Below, piece by piece: positions 1 to 15,000 of a DNA stretch of 64,000 bases. Numbering within the stretch: the stretch's first letter is position 1; every line of letters starts with the position of its first letter. The notes below the pieces were generated by a model that was given only the letters and a program-made list of their open reading frames with translations, did not search any database and was not told the DNA's origin. The DNA lies in NCBI GenBank assembly GCA_964057225.1, contig OZ059896.1, forward strand, positions 4,774,001-4,838,000. The letters are read 5' to 3'. The position numbers and the translations under genes were made by a program. This DNA comes from Auanema rhodensis. Lineage: Eukaryota; Animalia; Nematoda.

Positions 1-3000
1 AGTGTATGTTGAGTTTCCATGTACACTCAACATTGCTTCCAAAAACATTTTGACAAACATTTTCCCGAAAAATTTCAGAATAAATTTACAAAAAGTAGAT
101 GTTTTTAGATTCCTTTTTTCAAGACAAAGACGATGGACATTGTCATTCAACAAAAAAATTAATTCTTCACGGTGAAAATCGAGGATATAAGTGTGAACCT
201 ATATCAGTTGATATCTCGGTGCATTTTCAAGCTAGCGCAAATCTGATAACACAGATCGACGCAGCTTAAAAATCCGCATCGAATGCACTATACTACATGG
301 AGAAACGCTCAATACAAAAATTAGTTATGATCGTTTGAAAAATGATGCATTAGTGTATGTTGAGTTTCCATGTACACTCAAAATTGCTTCCAAAAACATT
401 TTGACAAAAATTTTTTCGAAAAATTTGAAAATAATTTAGCAAAAAGTAGATGTTTTTAGATTCCTTTTTTCAAGACAAAGACGATGGACATTGTTATTCA
501 ACAAAAAAATTAATTCTTCACGGTGAAAATCGAGGATATAAGTGTGAACCTATATCAGTTGATATCTCGGTGCATTTTCAAGCTAGCGCAAATCTGATAA
601 CACAGATCGACGCAGCTTAAAAATCCGCATCGAATGCACTATACTACATGGAGAAACGCTCAATACAAAAATTAGTTATGATCGTTTGAAAAATGATGCA
701 TTAGTGTATGTTGAGTTTCCATGTACACTCAACAATGCTTCCAAAAACATTTTGACAAAAATTTTCCCGAAAAATTTCAAAATAATTTCACAAAAAGTAG
801 ATGTTTTTAGATTCCTTTTTTCAAGACAAAGACGATGGACATTGTTATTCAACAAAAAAATTAATTCTTCACGGTGAAAATCGAGGATATAAGTGTGAAC
901 CTATATCAGTTGATATCTCGGTGCATTTTCAAGCTAGCGCAAATCTGATAACACAGATCGACGCAGCTTAAAAATCCGCATCGAATGCACTATACTACAT
1001 GGAGAAACGCTCAATACAAAAATTAGTTATGATCGTTTGAAAAATGATGCATTAGTGTATGTTGAGTTTCCATGTACACTCAACAATGCTTCCAGAAACA
1101 TTTTGACAAAAATTTTCCCGAAAAATTTCAAAATAATTTCACAAAAAGTAGATGTTTTTAGATTCCTTTTTTCAAGACAAAGACGATGGACATTGTTATT
1201 CAACAAAAAAATTAATTCTTCACGGTGAAAATCGAGGATATAAGTGTGAACCTATATCAGTTGATATCTCGGTGCATTTTCAAGCTAGCGCAAATCTGAT
1301 AACACAGATCGACGCAGCTTAAAAATCCGCATCGAATGCACTATACTACATGGAGAAACGCTCAATACAAAAATTAGTTATGATCGTTTGAAAAATGATG
1401 CATTAGTGTATGTTGAGTTTCCATGTACACTCAACAATGCTTCCAAAAACATTTTGACAAAAATTTTCCCGAAAAATTTCAAAATAATTTCACAAAAAGT
1501 AGATGTTTTTAGATTCCTTTTTTCAAGACAAAGACGATGGACATTGTTATTCAACAAAAAAATTAATTCTTCACGGTGAAAATCGAGGATATAAGTGTGA
1601 ACCTATATCAGTTGATATCTCGGTGCATTTTCAAGCTAGCGCAAATCTGATAACACAGATCGACGCAGCTTAAAAATCCGCATCGAATGCACTATACTAC
1701 ATGGAGAAACGCTCAATACAAAAATTAGTTATGATCGTTTGAAAAATGATGCATTAGTGTATGTTGAGTTTCCATGTACACTCAACATTGCTTCCAAAAA
1801 CATTTTGACAAACATTTTCCCGAAAAATTTCAGAATAAATTTACAAAAAGTAGATGTTTTTAGATTCCTTTTTTCAAGACAAAGACGATGGACATTGTCA
1901 TTCAACAAAAAAATTAATTCTTCACGGTGAAAATCGAGGATATAAGTGTGAACCTATATCAGTTGATATCTCGGTGCATTTTCAAGCTAGCGCAAATCTG
2001 ATAACACAGATCGACGCAGCTTAAAAATCCGCATCGAATGCACTATACTACATGGAGAAACGCTCAATACAAAAATTAGTTATGATCGTTTGAAAAATGA
2101 TGCATTAGTGTATGTTGAGTTTCCATGTACACTCAAAATTGCTTCCAAAAACATTTTGACAAAAATTTTTTCGAAAAATTTGAAAATAATTTAGCAAAAA
2201 GTAGATGTTTTTAGATTCCTTTTTTCAAGACAAAGACGATGGACATTGTTATTCAACAAAAAAATTAATTCTTCACGGTGAAAATCGAGGATATAAGTGT
2301 GAACCTATATCAGTTGATATCTCGGTGCATTTTCAAGCTAGCGCAAATCTGATAACACAGATCGACGCAGCTTAAAAATCCGCATCGAATGCACTATACT
2401 ACATGGAGAAACGCTCAATACAAAAATTAGTTATGATCGTTTGAAAAATGATGCATTAGTGTATGTTGAGTTTCCATGTACACTCAACAATGCTTCCAAA
2501 AACATTTTGACAAAAATTTTCCCGAAAAATTTCAAAATAATTTCACAAAAAGTAGATGTTTTTAGATTCCTTTTTTCAAGACAAAGACGATGGACATTGT
2601 TATTCAACAAAAAAATTAATTCTTCACGGTGAAAATCGAGGATATAAGTGTGAACCTATATCAGTTGATATCTCGGTGCATTTTCAAGCTAGCGCAAATC
2701 TGATAACACAGATCGACGCAGCTTAAAAATCCGCATCGAATGCACTATACTACATGGAGAAACGCTCAATACAAAAATTAGTTATGATCGTTTGAAAAAT
2801 GATGCATTAGTGTATGTTGAGTTTCCATGTACACTCAACATTGCTTCCAAAAACATTTTGACAAAAATTTTCCCGAAAAATTTCAAAATAATTTCACAAA
2901 AAGTAGATGTTTTTAGATTCCTTTTTTCAAGACAAAGACGATGGACAATGTTATTCAACGAAAAAATTAAATCTTCAGGGTGAAAATCGAGGATATAAGT

Positions 3001-6000
3001 GTGAACTTATATCAGTTGATATCTCGGTTCATTTTTAAGTTAGCGCAAATCTGATAACACAGATCGACGCAGCTTAAAAATCCGCATCGAATGCACTATA
3101 CTACATGGAGAAACGCTCAATACAAAAATTAGTTATGATCGTTTGAAAAATGATGCATTAGTGTATGTTGAGTTTCCATGTACACTCAAAATTGCTTCCA
3201 AAAACATTTTGACAAAAATTTTTTCGAAAAATTTGAAAATAATTTAGCAAAAAGTAGATGTTTTTAGATTCCTTTTTTCAAGACAAAGACGATGGACATT
3301 GTTATTCAACAAAAAAATTAATTCTTCACGGTGAAAATCGAGGATATAAGTGTGAACCTATATCAGTTGATATCTCGGTGCATTTTCAAGCTAGCGCAAA
3401 TCTGATAACACAGATCGACGCAGCTTAAAAATCCGCATCGAATGCACTATACTACATGGAGAAACGCTCAATACAAAAATTAGTTATGATCGTTTGAAAA
3501 ATGATGCATTAGTGTATGTTGAGTTTCCATGTACACTCAACAATGCTTCCAAAAACATTTTGACAAAAATTTTCCCGAAAAATTTCAAAATAATTTCACA
3601 AAAAGTAGATGTTTTTAGATTCCTTTTTTCAAGACAAAGACGATGGACATTGTTATTCAACAAAAAAATTAATTCTTCACGGTGAAAATCGAGGATATAA
3701 GTGTGAACCTATATCAGTTGATATCTCGGTGCATTTTCAAGCTAGCGCAAATCTGATAACACAGATCGACGCAGCTTAAAAATCCGCATCGAATGCACTA
3801 TACTACATGGAGAAACGCTCAATACAAAAATTAGTTATGATCGTTTGAAAAATGATGCATTAGTGTATGTTGAGTTTCCATGTACACTCAACAATGCTTC
3901 CAAAAACATTTTGACAAAAATTTTCCCGAAAAATTTCAAAATAATTTCACAAAAAGTAGATGTTTTTAGATTCCTTTTTTCAAGACAAAGACGATGGACA
4001 TTGTTATTCAACAAAAAAATTAATTCTTCACGGTGAAAATCGAGGATATAAGTGTGAACCTATATCAGTTGATATCTCGGTGCATTTTCAAGCTAGCGCA
4101 AATCTGATAACACAGATCGACGCAGCTTAAAAATCCGCATCGAATGCACTATACTACATGGAGAAACGCTCAATACAAAAATTAGTTATGATCGTTTGAA
4201 AAATGATGCATTAGTGTATGTTGAGTTTCCATGTACACTCAACAATGCTTCCAAAAACATTTTGACAAAAATTTTCCCGAAAAATTTCAAAATAATTTCA
4301 CAAAAAGTAGATGTTTTTAGATTCCTTTTTTCAAGACAAAGACGATGGACATTGTTATTCAACAAAAAAATTAATTCTTCACGGTGAAAATCGAGGATAT
4401 AAGTGTGAACCTATATCAGTTGATATCTCGGTGCATTTTCAAGCTAGCGCAAATCTGATAACACAGATCGACGCAGCTTAAAAATCCGCATCGAATGCAC
4501 TATACTACATGGAGAAACGCTCAATACAAAAATTAGTTATGATCGTTTGAAAAATGATGCATTAGTGTATGTTGAGTTTCCATGTACACTCAACATTGCT
4601 TCCAAAAACATTTTGACAAAAATTTTCCCGAAAAATTTCAAAATAATTTCACAAAAAGTAGATGTTTTTAGATTCCTTTTTTCAAGACAAAGACGATGGA
4701 CAATGTTATTCAACGAAAAAATTAAATCTTCAGGGTGAAAATCGAGGATATAAGTGTGAACTTATATCAGTTGATATCTCGGTTCATTTTTAAGTTAGCG
4801 CAAATCTGATAACACAGATCGACGCAGCTTAAAAATCCGCATCGAATGCACTATACTACATGGAGAAACGCTCAATACAAAAATTAGTTATGATCGTTTG
4901 AAAAATGATGCATTAGTGTATGTTGAGTTTCCATGTACACTCAAAATTGCTTCCAAAAACATTTTGACAAAAATTTTTTCGAAAAATTTGAAAATAATTT
5001 AGCAAAAAGTAGATGTTTTTAGATTCCTTTTTTCAAGACAAAGACGATGGACATTGTTATTCAACAAAAAAATTAATTCTTCACGGTGAAAATCGAGGAT
5101 ATAAGTGTGAACCTATATCAGTTGATATCTCGGTGCATTTTCAAGCTAGCGCAAATCTGATAACACAGATCGACGCAGCTTAAAAATCCGCATCGAATGC
5201 ACTATACTACATGGAGAAACGCTCAATACAAAAATTAGTTATGATCGTTTGAAAAATGATGCATTAGTGTATGTTGAGTTTCCATGTACACTCAACAATG
5301 CTTCCAAAAACATTTTGACAAAAATTTTCCCGAAAAATTTCAAAATAATTTCACAAAAAGTAGATGTTTTTAGATTCCTTTTTTCAAGACAAAGACGATG
5401 GACATTGTTATTCAACAAAAAAATTAATTCTTCACGGTGAAAATCGAGGATATAAGTGTGAACCTATATCAGTTGATATCTCGGTGCATTTTCAAGCTAG
5501 CGCAAATCTGATAACACAGATCGACGCAGCTTAAAAATCCGCATCGAATGCACTATACTACATGGAGAAACGCTCAATACAAAAATTAGTTATGATCGTT
5601 TGAAAAATGATGCATTAGTGTATGTTGAGTTTCCATGTACACTCAACAATGCTTCCAAAAACATTTTGACAAAAATTTTCCCGAAAAATTTCAAAATAAT
5701 TTCACAAAAAGTAGATGTTTTTAGATTCCTTTTTTCAAGACAAAGACGATGGACATTGTTATTCAACAAAAAAATTAATTCTTCACGGTGAAAATCGAGG
5801 ATATAAGTGTGAACCTATATCAGTTGATATCTCGGTGCATTTTCAAGCTAGCGCAAATCTGATAACACAGATCGACGCAGCTTAAAAATCCGCATCGAAT
5901 GCACTATACTACATGGAGAAACGCTCAATACAAAAATTAGTTATGATCGTTTGAAAAATGATGCATTAGTGTATGTTGAGTTTCCATGTACACTCAACAA

Positions 6001-9000
6001 TGCTTCCAAAAACATTTTGACAAAAATTTTCCCGAAAAATTTCAAAATAATTTCACAAAAAGTAGATGTTTTTAGATTCCTTTTTTCAAGACAAAGACGA
6101 TGGACATTGTTATTCAACAAAAAAATTAATTCTTCACGGTGAAAATCGAGGATATAAGTGTGAACCTATATCAGTTGATATCTCGGTGCATTTTCAAGCT
6201 AGCGCAAATCTGATAACACAGATCGACGCAGCTTAAAAATCCGCATCGAATGCACTATACTACATGGAGAAACGCTCAATACAAAAATTAGTTATGATCG
6301 TTTGAAAAATGATGCATTAGTGTATGTTGAGTTTCCATGTACACTCAACAATGCTTCCAAAAACATTTTGACAAAAATTTTCCCGAAAAATTTCAAAATA
6401 ATTTCACAAAAAGTAGATGTTTTTAGATTCCTTTTTTCAAGACAAAGACGATGGACATTGTTATTCAACAAAAAAATTAATTCTTCACGGTGAAAATCGA
6501 GGATATAAGTGTGAACCTATATCAGTTGATATCTCGGTGCATTTTCAAGCTAGCGCAAATCTGATAACACAGATCGACGCAGCTTAAAAATCCGCATCGA
6601 ATGCACTATACTACATGGAGAAACGCTCAATACAAAAATTAGTTATGATCGTTTGAAAAATGATGCATTAGTGTATGTTGAGTTTCCATGTACACTCAAC
6701 AATGCTTCCAAAAACATTTTGACAAAAATTTTCCCGAAAAATTTCAAAATAATTTCACAAAAAGTAGATGTTTTTAGATTCCTTTTTTCAAGACAAAGAC
6801 GATGGACATTGTTATTCAACAAAAAAATTAATTCTTCACGGTGAAAATCGAGGATATAAGTGTGAACCTATATCAGTTGATATCTCGGTGCATTTTCAAG
6901 CTAGCGCAAATCTGATAACACAGATCGACGCAGCTTAAAAATCCGCATCGAATGCACTATACTACATGGAGAAACGCTCAATACAAAAATTAGTTATGAT
7001 CGTTTGAAAAATGATGCATTAGTGTATGTTGAGTTTCCATGTACACTCAACAATGCTTCCAAAAACATTTTGACAAAAATTTTCCCGAAAAATTTCAAAA
7101 TAATTTCACAAAAAGTAGATGTTTTTAGATTCCTTTTTTCAAGACAAAGACGATGGACATTGTTATTCAACAAAAAAATTAATTCTTCACGGTGAAAATC
7201 GAGGATATAAGTGTGAACCTATATCAGTTGATATCTCGGTGCATTTTCAAGCTAGCGCAAATCTGATAACACAGATCGACGCAGCTTAAAAATCCGCATC
7301 GAATGCACTATACTACATGGAGAAACGCTCAATACAAAAATTAGTTATGATCGTTTGAAAAATGATGCATTAGTGTATGTTGAGTTTCCATGTACACTCA
7401 ACATTGCTTCCAAAAACATTTTGACAAAAATTTTCCCGAAAAATTTCAAAATAATTTCACAAAAAGTAGATGTTTTTAGATTCCTTTTTTCAAGACAAAG
7501 ACGATGGACAATGTTATTCAACGAAAAAATTAAATCTTCAGGGTGAAAATCGAGGATATAAGTGTGAACCTATATCAGTTGATATCTCGGTTCATTTTTA
7601 AGTTAGCGCAAATCTGATAACACAGATCGACGCAGCTTAAAAATCCGCATCGAATGTACTATACTACATTAAGAAACGCTCAATACAAAAATTAGTTATG
7701 ATTGTTTGAAAAATGATGCATTAGTGTATGTTGAGTTTCCATGTACACTCAACATTGCTTCCAAAAACATTTTGACAAACATTTTCCCGAAAAATTTCAG
7801 AATAAATTTACAAAAAGTAGATGTTTTTAGATTCCTTTTTTCAAGACAAAGACGATGGACATTGTCATTCAACAAAAAAATTAATTCTTCACGGTGAAAA
7901 TCGAGGATATAAGTGTGAACCTATATCAGTTGATATCTCGGTGCATTTTCAAGCTAGCGCAAATCTGATAACACAGATCGACGCAGCTTAAAAATCCGCA
8001 TCGAATGCACTATACTACATGGAGAAACGCTCAATACAAAAATTAGTTATGATCGTTTGAAAAATGATGCATTAGTGTATGTTGAGTTTCCATGTACACT
8101 CAACAATGCTTCCAAAAACATTTTGACAAAAATTTTCCCGAAAAATTTCAAAATAATTTCACAAAAAGTAGATGTTTTTAGATTCCTTTTTTCAAGACAA
8201 AGACGATGGACATTGTTATTCAACAAAAAAATTAATTCTTCACGGTGAAAATCGAGGATATAAGTGTGAACCTATATCAGTTGATATCTCGGTGCATTTT
8301 CAAGCTAGCGCAAATCTGATAACACAGATCGACCCAGCTTAAAAATCCGCATCGAATGCACTATACTACATGGAGAAACGCTCAATACAAAAATTAGTTA
8401 TGATCGTTTGAAAAATGATGCATTAGTGTATGTTGAGTTTCCATGTACACTCAACATTGCTTCCAAAAACATTTTGACAAAAATTTTCCCGAAAAATTTC
8501 AAAATAATTTCACAAAAAGTAGATGTTTTTAGATTCCTTTTTTCAAGACAAAGACGATGGACAATGTTATTCAACGAAAAAATTAAATCTTCAGGGTGAA
8601 AATCGAGGATATAAGTGTGAACCTATATCAGTTGATATCTCGGTTCATTTTTAAGTTAGCGCAAATCTGATAACACAGATCGACGCAGCTTAAAAATCCG
8701 CATCGAATGTACTATACTACATTAAGAAACGCTCAATACAAAAATTAGTTATGATTGTTTGAAAAATGATGCATTAGTGTATGTTGAGTTTCCATGTACA
8801 CTCAACATTGCTTCCAAAAACATTTTGACAAACATTTTCCCGAAAAATTTCAGAATAAATTTACAAAAAGTAGATGTTTTTAGATTCCTTTTTTCAAGAC
8901 AAAGACGATGGACATTGTCATTCAACAAAAAAATTAATTCTTCACGGTGAAAATCGAGGATATAAGTGTGAACCTATATCAGTTGATATCTCGGTGCATT

Positions 9001-12000
9001 TTCAAGCTAGCGCAAATCTGATAACACAGATCGACGCAGCTTAAAAATCCGCATCGAATGCACTATACTACATGGAGAAACGCTCAATACAAAAATTAGT
9101 TATGATCGTTTGAAAAATGATGCATTAGTGTATGTTGAGTTTCCATGTACACTCAACAATGCTTCCAAAAACATTTTGACAAAAATTTTCCCGAAAAATT
9201 TCAAAATAATTTCACAAAAAGTAGATGTTTTTAGATTCCTTTTTTCAAGACAAAGACGATGGACAATGTTATTCAACGAAAAAATTAAATCTTCAGGGTG
9301 AAAATCGAGGATATAAGTGTGAACCTATATCAGTTGATATCTCGGTTCATTTTTAAGTTAGCGCAAATCTGATAACACAGATCGACGCAGCTTAAAAAGC
9401 CGCATCGAATGTACTATACTACATTAAGAAACGCTCAATACAAAAATTAGTTATGATTGTTTGAAAAATGATGCATTAGTGTATGTTGAGTTTCCATGTA
9501 CACTCAACATTGCTTCCAAAAACATTTTGACAAACATTTTCCCGAAAAATTTCAGAATAAATTTACAAAAAGTAGATGTTTTTAGATTCCTTTTTTCAAG
9601 ACAAAGACGATGGACATTGTCATTCAACAAAAAAATTAATTCTTCACGGTGAAAATCGAGGATATAAGTGTGAACCTATATCAGTTGATATCTCGGTGCA
9701 TTTTCAAGCTAGCGCAAATCTGATAACACAGATCGACGCAGCTTAAAAATCCGCATCGAATGCACTATACTACATGGAGAAACGCTCAATACAAAAATTA
9801 GTTATGATCGTTTGAAAAATGATGCATTAGTGTATGTTGAGTTTCCATGTACACTCAAAATTGCTTCCAAAAACATTTTGACAAAAATTTTTTCGAAAAA
9901 TTTGAAAATAATTTAGCAAAAAGTAGATGTTTTTAGATTCCTTTTTTCAAGACAAAGACGATGGACATTGTTATTCAACAAAAAAATTAATTCTTCACGG
10001 TGAAAATCGAGGATATAAGTGTGAACCTATATCAGTTGATATCTCGGTGCATTTTCAAGCTAGCGCAAATCTGATAACACAGATCGACGCAGCTTAAAAA
10101 TCCGCATCGAATGCACTATACTACATGGAGAAACGCTCAATACAAAAATTAGTTATGATCGTTTGAAAAATGATGCATTAGTGTATGTTGAGTTTCCATG
10201 TACACTCAAAATTGCTTCCAAAAACATTTTGACAAAAATTTTTTCGAAAAATTTGAAAATAATTTAGCAAAAAGTAGATGTTTTTAGATTCCTTTTTTCA
10301 AGACAAAGACGATGGACATTGTTATTCAACAAAAAAATTAATTCTTCACGGTGAAAATCGAGGATATAAGTGTGAACCTATATCAGTTGATATCTCGGTT
10401 CATTTTCAAGCTAGCGCAAATCTGATAACACAGATCGACGCAGCTTAAAAATCCGCATCGAATGCACTATACTACATGGAGAAACGCTCAATACAAAAAT
10501 TAGTTATGATTGTTTGAAAAATGATGCATTAGTGTATGTTGAGTTTCCATGTACACTCAACAATGCTTCCAAAAACATTTTGACAAAAATTTTCCCGAAA
10601 AATTTCAAAATAATTTCACAAAAAGTAGATGTTTTTAGATTCCTTTTTTCAAGACAAAGACGATGGACATTGTTATTCAACAAAAAAATTAATTCTTCAC
10701 GGTGAAAATCGAGGATATAAGTGTGAACCTATATCAGTTGATATCTCGGTGCATTTTCAAGCTAGCGCAAATCTGATAACACAGATCGACGCAGCTTAAA
10801 AATCCGCATCGAATGCACTATACTACATGGAGAAACGCTCAATACAAAAATTAGTTATGATCGTTTGAAAAATGATGCATTAGTGTATGTTGAGTTTCCA
10901 TGTACACTCAACATTGCTTCCAAAAACATTTTGACAAAAATTTTCCCGAAAAATTTCAAAATAATTTCACAAAAAGTAGATGTTTTTAGATTCCTTTTTT
11001 CAAGACAAAGACGATGGACATTGTTATTCAACAAAAAAATTAATTCTTCACGGTGAAAATCGAGGATATAAGTGTGAACATATATCAGTTGATATCTCGG
11101 TGCATTTTCAAGCTAGCGCAAATCTGATAACACAGATCGACGCAGCTTAAAAATCCGCATCGAATGCACTATACTACATGGAGAAACGCTCAATACAAAA
11201 ATTAGTTATGATCGTTTGAAAAATGATGCATTAGTGTATGTTGAGTTTCCATGTACACTCAACAATGCTTCCAAAAACATTTTGACAAAAATTTTCCCGA
11301 AAAATTTCAAAATAATTTCACAAAAAGTAGATGTTTTTAGATTCCTTTTTTCAAGACAAAGACGATGGACATTGTTATTCAACAAAAAAATTAATTCTTC
11401 ACGGTGAAAATCGAGGATATAAGTGTGAACCTATATCAGTTGATATCTCGGTGCATTTTCAAGCTAGCGCAAATCTGATAACACAGATCGACGCAGCTTA
11501 AAAATCCGCATCGAATGCACTATACTACATGGAGAAACGCTCAATACAAAAATTAGTTATGATCGTTTGAAAAATGATGCATTAGTGTATGTTGAGTTTC
11601 CATGTACACTCAACATTGCTTCCAAAAACATTTTGACAAAAATTTTCCCGAAAAATTTCAAAATAATTTCACAAAAAGTAGATGTTTTTAGATTCCTTTT
11701 TTCAAGACAAAGACGATGGACAATGTTATTCAATGAAAAAATTAAATCTTCAGGGTGAAAATCGAGGATATAAGTGTGAACCTATATCAGTTGATATCTC
11801 GGTTCATTTTTAAGTTAGCGCAAATCTGATAACACAGATCGACGCAGCTTAAAAATCCGCATCGAATGTACTATACTACATTAAGAAACGCTCAATACAA
11901 AAATTAGTTATGATTGTTTGAAAAATGATGCATTAGTGTATGTTGAGTTTCCATGTACACTCAACATTGCTTCCAAAAACATTTTGACAAACATTTTCCC

Positions 12001-15000
12001 GAAAAATTTCAGAATAAATTTACAAAAAGTAGATGTTTTTAGATTCCTTTTTTCAAGACAAAGACGATGGACATTGTCATTCAACAAAAAAATTAATTCT
12101 TCACGGTGAAAATCGAGGATATAAGTGTGAACCTATATCAGTTGATATCTCGGTGCATTTTCAAGCTAGCGCAAATCTGATAACACAGATCGACGCAGCT
12201 TAAAAATCCGCATCGAATGCACTATACTACATGGAGAAACGCTCAATACAAAAATTAGTTATGATCGTTTGAAAAATGATGCATTAGTGTATGTTGAGTT
12301 TCCATGTACACTCAAAATTGCTTCCAAAAACATTTTGACAAAAATTTTTTCGAAAAATTTGAAAATAATTTAGCAAAAAGTAGATGTTTTTAGATTCCTT
12401 TTTTCAAGACAAAGACGATGGACATTGTTATTCAACAAAAAAATTAATTCTTCACGGTGAAAATCGAGGATATAAGTGTGAACCTATATCAGTTGATATC
12501 TCGGTGCATTTTCAAGCTAGCGCAAATCTGATAACACAGATCGACGCAGCTTAAAAATCCGCATCGAATGCACTATACTACATGGAGAAACGCTCAATAC
12601 AAAAATTAGTTATGATCGTTTGAAAAATGATGCATTAGTGTATGTTGAGTTTCCATGTACACTCAACAATGCTTCCAAAAACATTTTGACAAAAATTTTC
12701 CCGAAAAATTTCAAAATAATTTCACAAAAAGTAGATGTTTTTAGATTCCTTTTTTCAAGACAAAGACGATGGACATTGTTATTCAACAAAAAAATTAATT
12801 CTTCACGGTGAAAATCGAGGATATAAGTGTGAACCTATATCAGTTGATATCTCGGTGCATTTTTAAGCTAGCGCAAATCTGATAACACAGATCGACGCAG
12901 CTTAAAAATCCACATCGAATGCACTATACTACATTGGGAAACACTCAATACAAAAATTAGTTATGATCGTTTGAAAAATGATGCATTAGTGTATGTTGAG
13001 TTTCCATGTACACTCAACATTGCTTCCAAAAACATTTTGACAAAAATTTTCCCGAAAAATTTCAAAATAATTTCACAAAAAGTAGATGTTTTTAGATTCC
13101 TTTTTTCAAGACAAAGACGATGGACATTGTTATTCAACAAAAAAATTAATTCTTCACGGTGAAAATCGAGGATATAAGTGTGAACTTATATCAGTTGATA
13201 TCTCGGTGCATTTTTAAGCTAGCGCAAATCTGATAACACAGATCGACGCAGCTTAAAAATCCACATCGAATGCACTATACTACATTGGGAAACACTCAAT
13301 ACAAAAATTAGTTATGATCGTTTGAAAAATGATGCATTAGTGTATGTTGAGTTTCCATGTACACTCAACATTGCTTCCAAAAACATTTTGACAAAAATTT
13401 TCCCGAAAAATTTCAAAATAATTTCACAAAAAGTAGATGTTTTTAGATTCTTTTTTTCAAGACAAAGACGATGGTCATTGTCATTCAACAAAAAAATTAA
13501 TTCTTCACGGTGAAAATCGAGGATATAAGTGTGAACCTATATCAGTTGATATCTCGGTGCATTTTCAAGCTAGCGCAAATCTGATAACACAGATCGACGC
13601 AGCTTAAAAATCCGCATCGAATGCACTATACTACATGGAGAAACGCTCAATACAAAAATTAGTTATGATCGTTTGAAAAATGATGCATTAGTGTATGTTG
13701 AGTTTCCATGTACACTCAAAATTGCTTCCAAAAACATTTTGACAAAAATTTTTTCGAAAAATTTGAAAATAATTTAGCAAAAAGTAGATGTTTTTAGATT
13801 CCTGTTTTCAAGACAAAGACGATGGACATTGTTATTCAACAAAAAAATTAATTCTTCACGGTGAAAATCGAGGATATAAGTGTGAACCTATATCAGTTGA
13901 TATCTCGGTGCATTTTCAAGCTAGCGCAAATCTGATAACACAGATCGACGCAGCTTAAAAATCCGCATCGAATGCACTATACTACATGGAGAAACGCTCA
14001 ATACAAAAATTAGTTATGATCGTTTGAAAAATGATGCATTAGTGTATGTTGAGTTTCCATGTACACTCAACATTGCTTCCAAAAACATTTTGACAAAAAT
14101 TTTCCCGAAAAATTTCAAAATAATTTCCCAAAAAGTAGATGTTTTTAGATTCCTTTTTTCAAGACAAAGACGATGGACATTGTTATTCAACAAAAAAATT
14201 AATTCTTCAGGATGAAAATCGAGGATATAAGTGTGAACTTATATCAGTTGATATCTCGGTGCATTTTTAAGCTAGCGCAAATCTGATAACACAGATCGAC
14301 GCAGCTTAAAAATCCACATCGAATGCACTATACTACATTGGGAAACACTCAATACAAAAATTAGTTATGATCGTTTGAAAAATGATGCATTAGTGTATGT
14401 TGAGTTTCCATGTACACTCAACATTGCTTCCAAAAACATTTTGACAAAAATTTTCCCGAAAAATTTCAAAATAATTTCACAAAAAGTAGATGTTTTTAGA
14501 TTCCTTTTTTCAAGACAAAGACGATGGACATTGTTATTCAACAAAAAAATTAATTCTTCAGGGTGAAAATCGAGGATATAAGTGTGAACTTATATCAGTT
14601 GATATCTCGGTGCATTTTTAAGCTAGCGCAAATCTGATAACACAGATCGACGCAGCTTAAAAATCCACATCGAATGCACTATACTACATTGGGAAACACT
14701 CAATACAAAAATTAGTTATGATCGTTTGAAAAATGATGCATTAGTGTATGTTGAGTTTCCATGTACACTCAACATTGCTTCCAAAAACATTTTGACAAAA
14801 ATTTTCCCGAAAAATTTCAAAATAATTTCACAAAAAGTAGATGTTTTTAGATTCCTTTTTTCAAGACAAAGACGATGGACATTGTTATTCAACAAAAAAA
14901 TTAATTCTTCAGGGTGAAAATCGAGGATATAAGTGTGAACTTATATCAGTTGATATCTCGGTGCATTTTCAAGCTAGCGCAAATCTGATAACACAGATCG

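Noticed and set aside
1-351. SatA as a direct dimer of a 175-176-bp unit
   Set aside because: The two halves show no alignment by eye; one is A/T-tract rich and the other holds the hairpin.
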